Under the pieces are notes generated by a model that was not told the DNA's origin, did no database searches, and saw nothing but the letters and a program-made list of their open reading frames with translations. A DNA stretch of 63,897 bases, counting the filler, from Candidatus Methanoxibalbensis ujae (GTDB lineage: Archaea > Halobacteriota > Syntropharchaeia > Alkanophagales > Methanospirareceae), in assembly GCA_026134085.1 (NCBI GenBank). It is 4 parts of 4 records of this genome, joined end to end, with 100 filler letters (N's around TTAATTAATTAA, not from the genome) between each part and the next. Parts side by side here need not be neighbours in the genome. Positions count along the whole stretch, not along the records: positions 52,007 to 63,897 come from JAOQIN010000052.1; 3 more parts are not named here. The stretch is one strand, 5' to 3'. This document shows positions 60,548-63,897 of this stretch, piece after piece. Positions within the stretch are counted from its first letter, which is position 1. The number at the start of each line of letters is the position of its first letter. The translations under genes and the position numbers were made by a program.

Positions 60548-61405
60548 ATGATGCAATCTGCGGACACTGCGCTGCTTTTTGTTGTGGTGGCGATGCTCGC
60601 GTTCATCTGTGAGTACATGGATGCAACGCTCGGAATGGGCTATGGCACAACACTCACGCCTCTTCTGCTCATTCTCGGCTTTCAGCCACTGCAAGTTGTT
60701 CCCGCTGTCCTCCTTGCGCAGCTGGCAGGAGGATTCTTAGGCGGCGTCCTGCATCACAAATTCAGAAACATATATCTTGATTTCAGAAGGGACAGCGAGA
60801 TATGCAAAAGACTGCGCTATCTGGGATACGTGCCGAGATCGCACGACTCAAAAATTGTATATGTTCTCGCTGTGTGCGGTGTTGCAGGCGCCCTGATTGC
60901 TGTTTTCTTCACGCTCAATATTCCGCAGGCTCTTCTTGAAACCTACATAGGTGTCATGATAATGGCAGTTGGAATTTTCATGTTGAGAAGCAGGAAGCAC
61001 AAATTCTCATGGAGAAAGCTCGTTCTGATAGGATTGATAAGCTCCTTCAACAAAGGCGCAAGCGGAGGAGGTTACGGACCTCTCGTCACGAGCGGGCAGA
61101 TTCTCAGCGGGAGCTCGGCGAGAAACGCAGTCGCAGCCACAACAGTTGCGGAGGCTATCGTGTGCGCTGTCGCATTCGTCGCATATCTCATCGCAAAAGG
61201 AGATATATTCTGGATGCTCGCAGTATCAACATCACTCGGCTCGGCTGCTGCGGCCCCTTTATCTGTGGTGACCGTGCGCAAAATATCCGCAGAACATTTG
61301 AAAAATTTCGTTGGTTTTGCAACAATATTGCTCGGTGCATTGATCATACTGAAAGTTATCTGCATTGATTGTGTCTGTATTGATTATAAAATGTCAATTG
61401 AATGA
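60548..61405 (+). CDS. TauE/SafE-family sulfite/sulfoxyanion exporter
   Basis: D.TLGMGYGT.LTPLL, FNKGASGGGYGP, multiple TMs. Confidence 0.88.
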   Translation: MMQSADTALLFVVVAMLAFICEYMDATLGMGYGTTLTPLLLILGFQPLQVVPAVLLAQLAGGFLGGVLHHKFRNIYLDFRRDSEICKRLRYLGYVPRSHDSKIVYVLAVCGVAGALIAVFFTLNIPQALLETYIGVMIMAVGIFMLRSRKHKFSWRKLVLIGLISSFNKGASGGGYGPLVTSGQILSGSSARNAVAATTVAEAIVCAVAFVAYLIAKGDIFWMLAVSTSLGSAAAAPLSVVTVRKISAEHLKNFVGFATILLGALIILKVICIDCVCIDYKMSIE

Positions 61406-61472
61406 AAGAAAAATGAATGAAAGAAAAATCATTCACCGAGGACATCATCATGGGCGAATGTGAGGTGGAAAC

Positions 61473-62276
61473 ATGAGCAGCAGGTTGAGATCACTTGAGA
61501 ACAGGAGCATTTACATATTGAGGGAGGCGTATGCGGAGTTTGATAGACCTGCGGTTCTCTGGTCAACAGGAAAGGACAGCACGACAGTTCTGCATCTATG
61601 TCGCAAGGCTTTTTTCGGAGAAGTTCCTTTTCCGGTGATTCACATAGACACCGGTCGTAAATTCAGGGAGATGTATGAATTCAGAGACAGATTGGCGAGG
61701 GAGTGGAATCTGAACATGATAATTGCACGCAATGAGGATGCATTGAACTCCGGGATTGGACCTGAGAAGGGGAAACTGGCCTGTTGCACTGCTTTAAAAA
61801 CGCAAGCATTGCTCAAATGCATTTCGGAACATGATTTTGATGCGCTCATTCTCGCGATAAGAAGGGATGAGCATGGCGTGCGGGCGAAGGAGCGTGTTTA
61901 CAGTCCTCGTGACAGGAATTTCCGCTGGGACTACCGTGACCAACCGCTTGAGGTATGGGATTACTTTCAGCGTGCGACGGGAGAGGGCACGCACACAAGA
62001 GTGCATCCCATATTGCACTGGAGGGAGCTTGATGTGTGGGAATTCATAAAAAATGAGCAGATTCCTGTGAACCCTCTCTACTTCGCCCGCAATGGAAAAC
62101 GCTATCGCAGCCTGGGATGCGAGCCATGCACATCGCCGATTGAATCAAACGCAGCGACAATTGATGAGATCATTGAGGAACTCAAGCGCACAAAAACAGC
62201 TGAGAGGGCTGGAAGGGCGCAGGACAAGGAGAAGGCTTTCATGATGATGAAGCTGCGTGCGCTTGGCTATATGTGA
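61473..62276 (+). CDS. cysD: Sulfate adenylyltransferase subunit 2
   Basis: SIYILREA, WSTGKDS, HIDTG, RRDE...RAKER..S.R, YRSLGC, ERAGRAQDKE. Confidence 0.93.
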   Translation: MSSRLRSLENRSIYILREAYAEFDRPAVLWSTGKDSTTVLHLCRKAFFGEVPFPVIHIDTGRKFREMYEFRDRLAREWNLNMIIARNEDALNSGIGPEKGKLACCTALKTQALLKCISEHDFDALILAIRRDEHGVRAKERVYSPRDRNFRWDYRDQPLEVWDYFQRATGEGTHTRVHPILHWRELDVWEFIKNEQIPVNPLYFARNGKRYRSLGCEPCTSPIESNAATIDEIIEELKRTKTAERAGRAQDKEKAFMMMKLRALGYM

Positions 62277-62292
62277 GGGGGAGAGGAGAAAA

Positions 62293-63555
62293 ATGGAGGA
62301 AGAAGAAGCGAAAATAGTGTTTGTGGGGCATGTTGATCATGGAAAGTCAACGCTAATAGGAAGATTGCTTTATGACAGTGATAGCATTCACGACGAGCGT
62401 ATAACTGAAGTTCAGGGATTGGTTGAGGAGTTCAAGAGGCGTTTTGAGTTCGCATATTTTCTTGATGCGCTTGAGGATGAGATGCGGGAGGAGAGGACAA
62501 TTGACACGACCGCACTTATGTTCAAGGGAAAGCGACTTTACACGCTCACGGATGTCCCGGGACACAGGGAATTCATAAGAAACATGCTTACAGGCGCTTC
62601 TCACGCAGATTTCGCCGTCCTCGTTGTGTCAGCAGATGAAGGCGTGAGAGAACAGACAAAAAGACATCTTTTCCTGCTCAATCTTCTCGGTGTTCCTGTT
62701 ATCGCAGTTGTTATAAACAAAATGGATGCAGTTTCATATAGCAGAGATGTATTTGAGAATGTATGTTCGGCAGTTAAGGATGTTATGCGCTCCATAGGCA
62801 TCAATGATGATGTGATTTTCATTCCTGCATCTGCGATAAATGGTGAAAACATATATAAAAGGAGTGAGAACATGGACTGGTATAATGGTATGACGCTTAT
62901 TGAGGCGTTGGACAGTGTTGAATTGAGGAGAAAATCCGAGAAGAAGTTAAGATTTGTCGTTCAGGATGTCTATGAAATCGCATCGTGTCGTGTTGTTGTC
63001 GGCAGGGTGGCGAGCGGCGTGATGAATGTGGGAGATGAGGTGGTATTTGAGCCATCGCACACACACGCACGCATAGCCAGCATAAAAACAGCTGAACGCG
63101 ATGTCAGCACTGCTGAAAAAGGAGATTCTGTTGGGATTGTTCTTGAAGCGTCAGATAGCGCAGATAGCGCAGATAGCGCAGATAGCGCAGATAGCGCAGT
63201 GAGCGCAGTGAGACGGGGAGATGTATGCGGTCATGCTCATGACAAGCCAGTGACAGTCCGCAGATTCACAGGGGAGGCTGTCCTGCTCGAGCATTTGAAG
63301 ACTGGAGAGCGTTTGAATCTCAAGGTGTGCACAGCACTCGTTGATGCGGAGGTTAGTGAGATAAGCACGCGTATAGACTCGGAGAGCGGTGAGGTGCTCG
63401 AGCGATTTCCATCAGAAGTGAAAGCAGGAGATGCTGCGGTCATCGTATTTGAGACGGAGCCAGTGGTCGTTGAGAGATTTTCAGAAATTCCTCCGCTCGG
63501 AAGGTTCGCACTGCTGCGCGAAGGAAAAAACATAGGCGCGGGCATCGTCATATGA
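62293..63555 (+). CDS. cysN: Sulfate adenylyltransferase subunit 1 (GTPase), no APS-kinase domain
   Basis: GHVDHGKST, EFAYFLDALEDE, TID, D.PGH.EF..NM.TGAS, NKMD; adjacent to cysD. Confidence 0.88.
   Translation: MEEEEAKIVFVGHVDHGKSTLIGRLLYDSDSIHDERITEVQGLVEEFKRRFEFAYFLDALEDEMREERTIDTTALMFKGKRLYTLTDVPGHREFIRNMLTGASHADFAVLVVSADEGVREQTKRHLFLLNLLGVPVIAVVINKMDAVSYSRDVFENVCSAVKDVMRSIGINDDVIFIPASAINGENIYKRSENMDWYNGMTLIEALDSVELRRKSEKKLRFVVQDVYEIASCRVVVGRVASGVMNVGDEVVFEPSHTHARIASIKTAERDVSTAEKGDSVGIVLEASDSADSADSADSADSAVSAVRRGDVCGHAHDKPVTVRRFTGEAVLLEHLKTGERLNLKVCTALVDAEVSEISTRIDSESGEVLERFPSEVKAGDAAVIVFETEPVVVERFSEIPPLGRFALLREGKNIGAGIVI
63152..63196 (+). repeat. In-frame 9-nt repeat (CAGATAGCG)x5 within cysN
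   Basis: Encodes (DSA)n. Confidence 0.92.
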
Positions 63556-63753
63556 TTTCTGCATGCATCATGTGAACCACAACCGTCACGGTGGCTTCCG
63601 CGCCGGGGCTTTGCACATAGCTTTACACATACACATTCAGACACATCTGCCACTTCGGGAGGTTCACTGCTCTCACATCCCCTCTGGCCGTGTTCACGCA
63701 CACACGGACGCATACACGGGAAAATTCCCGCTCCACTATTAGCAATTCATACA

Positions 63754-63897
63754 GTGACCTCCTCCTCTCACTTCAGTGAGGGGCATTCAGATGGGTTCCT
63801 GCTTCTCAGAGGAGACTTGCCCCGTGATCACCGCCTCTGCGGGAACATGGAGTATAGGTCTCCTCTCAACAGGCTCAGAGGGCCGGCCCCTGTTTCT
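63754..63897 (-). mobile_element. IS200/IS605 right end: TnpB C-terminal tail and omegaRNA scaffold region
   Basis: Minus strand encodes GRPSEPVERRP...GQVSSEKQEPI*; subterminal hairpin CCTCACT-GA-AGTGAGAGG and terminus GAGGTCAC. Confidence 0.78.

Noticed and set aside
62293..63555. Elongation factor EF-1alpha
   Set aside because: Adjacent to cysD and carries CysN-type EFAYFLDALEDE and NMLTGAS motifs.

Overview
This archaeal window is made of four assembly contigs joined by artificial 100-nt N/TTAATTAATTAA linkers (21824-21923, 37406-37505, 51907-52006). Gene content (Archaeoglobus-type fqoJKMLNA-BCD-HIF operon, methanogenesis marker 2, cofH, CxxxY-type ccmE, PGF-/PEF-CTERM proteins) points to an ANME-1/Syntropharchaeia-like euryarchaeote; this placement is inference. 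Segment 1 holds housekeeping genes (rpl24, AK6, lipid synthesis, tRNA-Asp, htpX, trm11, larE, ccm, znu, cofH, taw3) plus decayed cmr1 and tnpB. Segment 2 holds an IS graveyard and the complete Fqo operon. Segment 3 is an AT-rich surface-glycosylation locus with a BshC-like/PIG-L gene pair and decayed MNT-HEPN modules flanked by attC-like repeats. Segment 4 holds an ORP-like NifX/MinD-ferredoxin cluster, ilvD, hsp20, pgk, a sulfate-activation cluster and a tnpB right end. The most striking observations are (i) four neighbouring, unrelated proteins of the cysDN cluster sharing an [RK]LRxLGY helix motif, (ii) integron-cassette-like architecture around the toxin-antitoxin genes, (iii) the BshC-like ligase next to a PIG-L deacetylase, and (iv) pervasive short tandem duplications and loop insertions in core genes.
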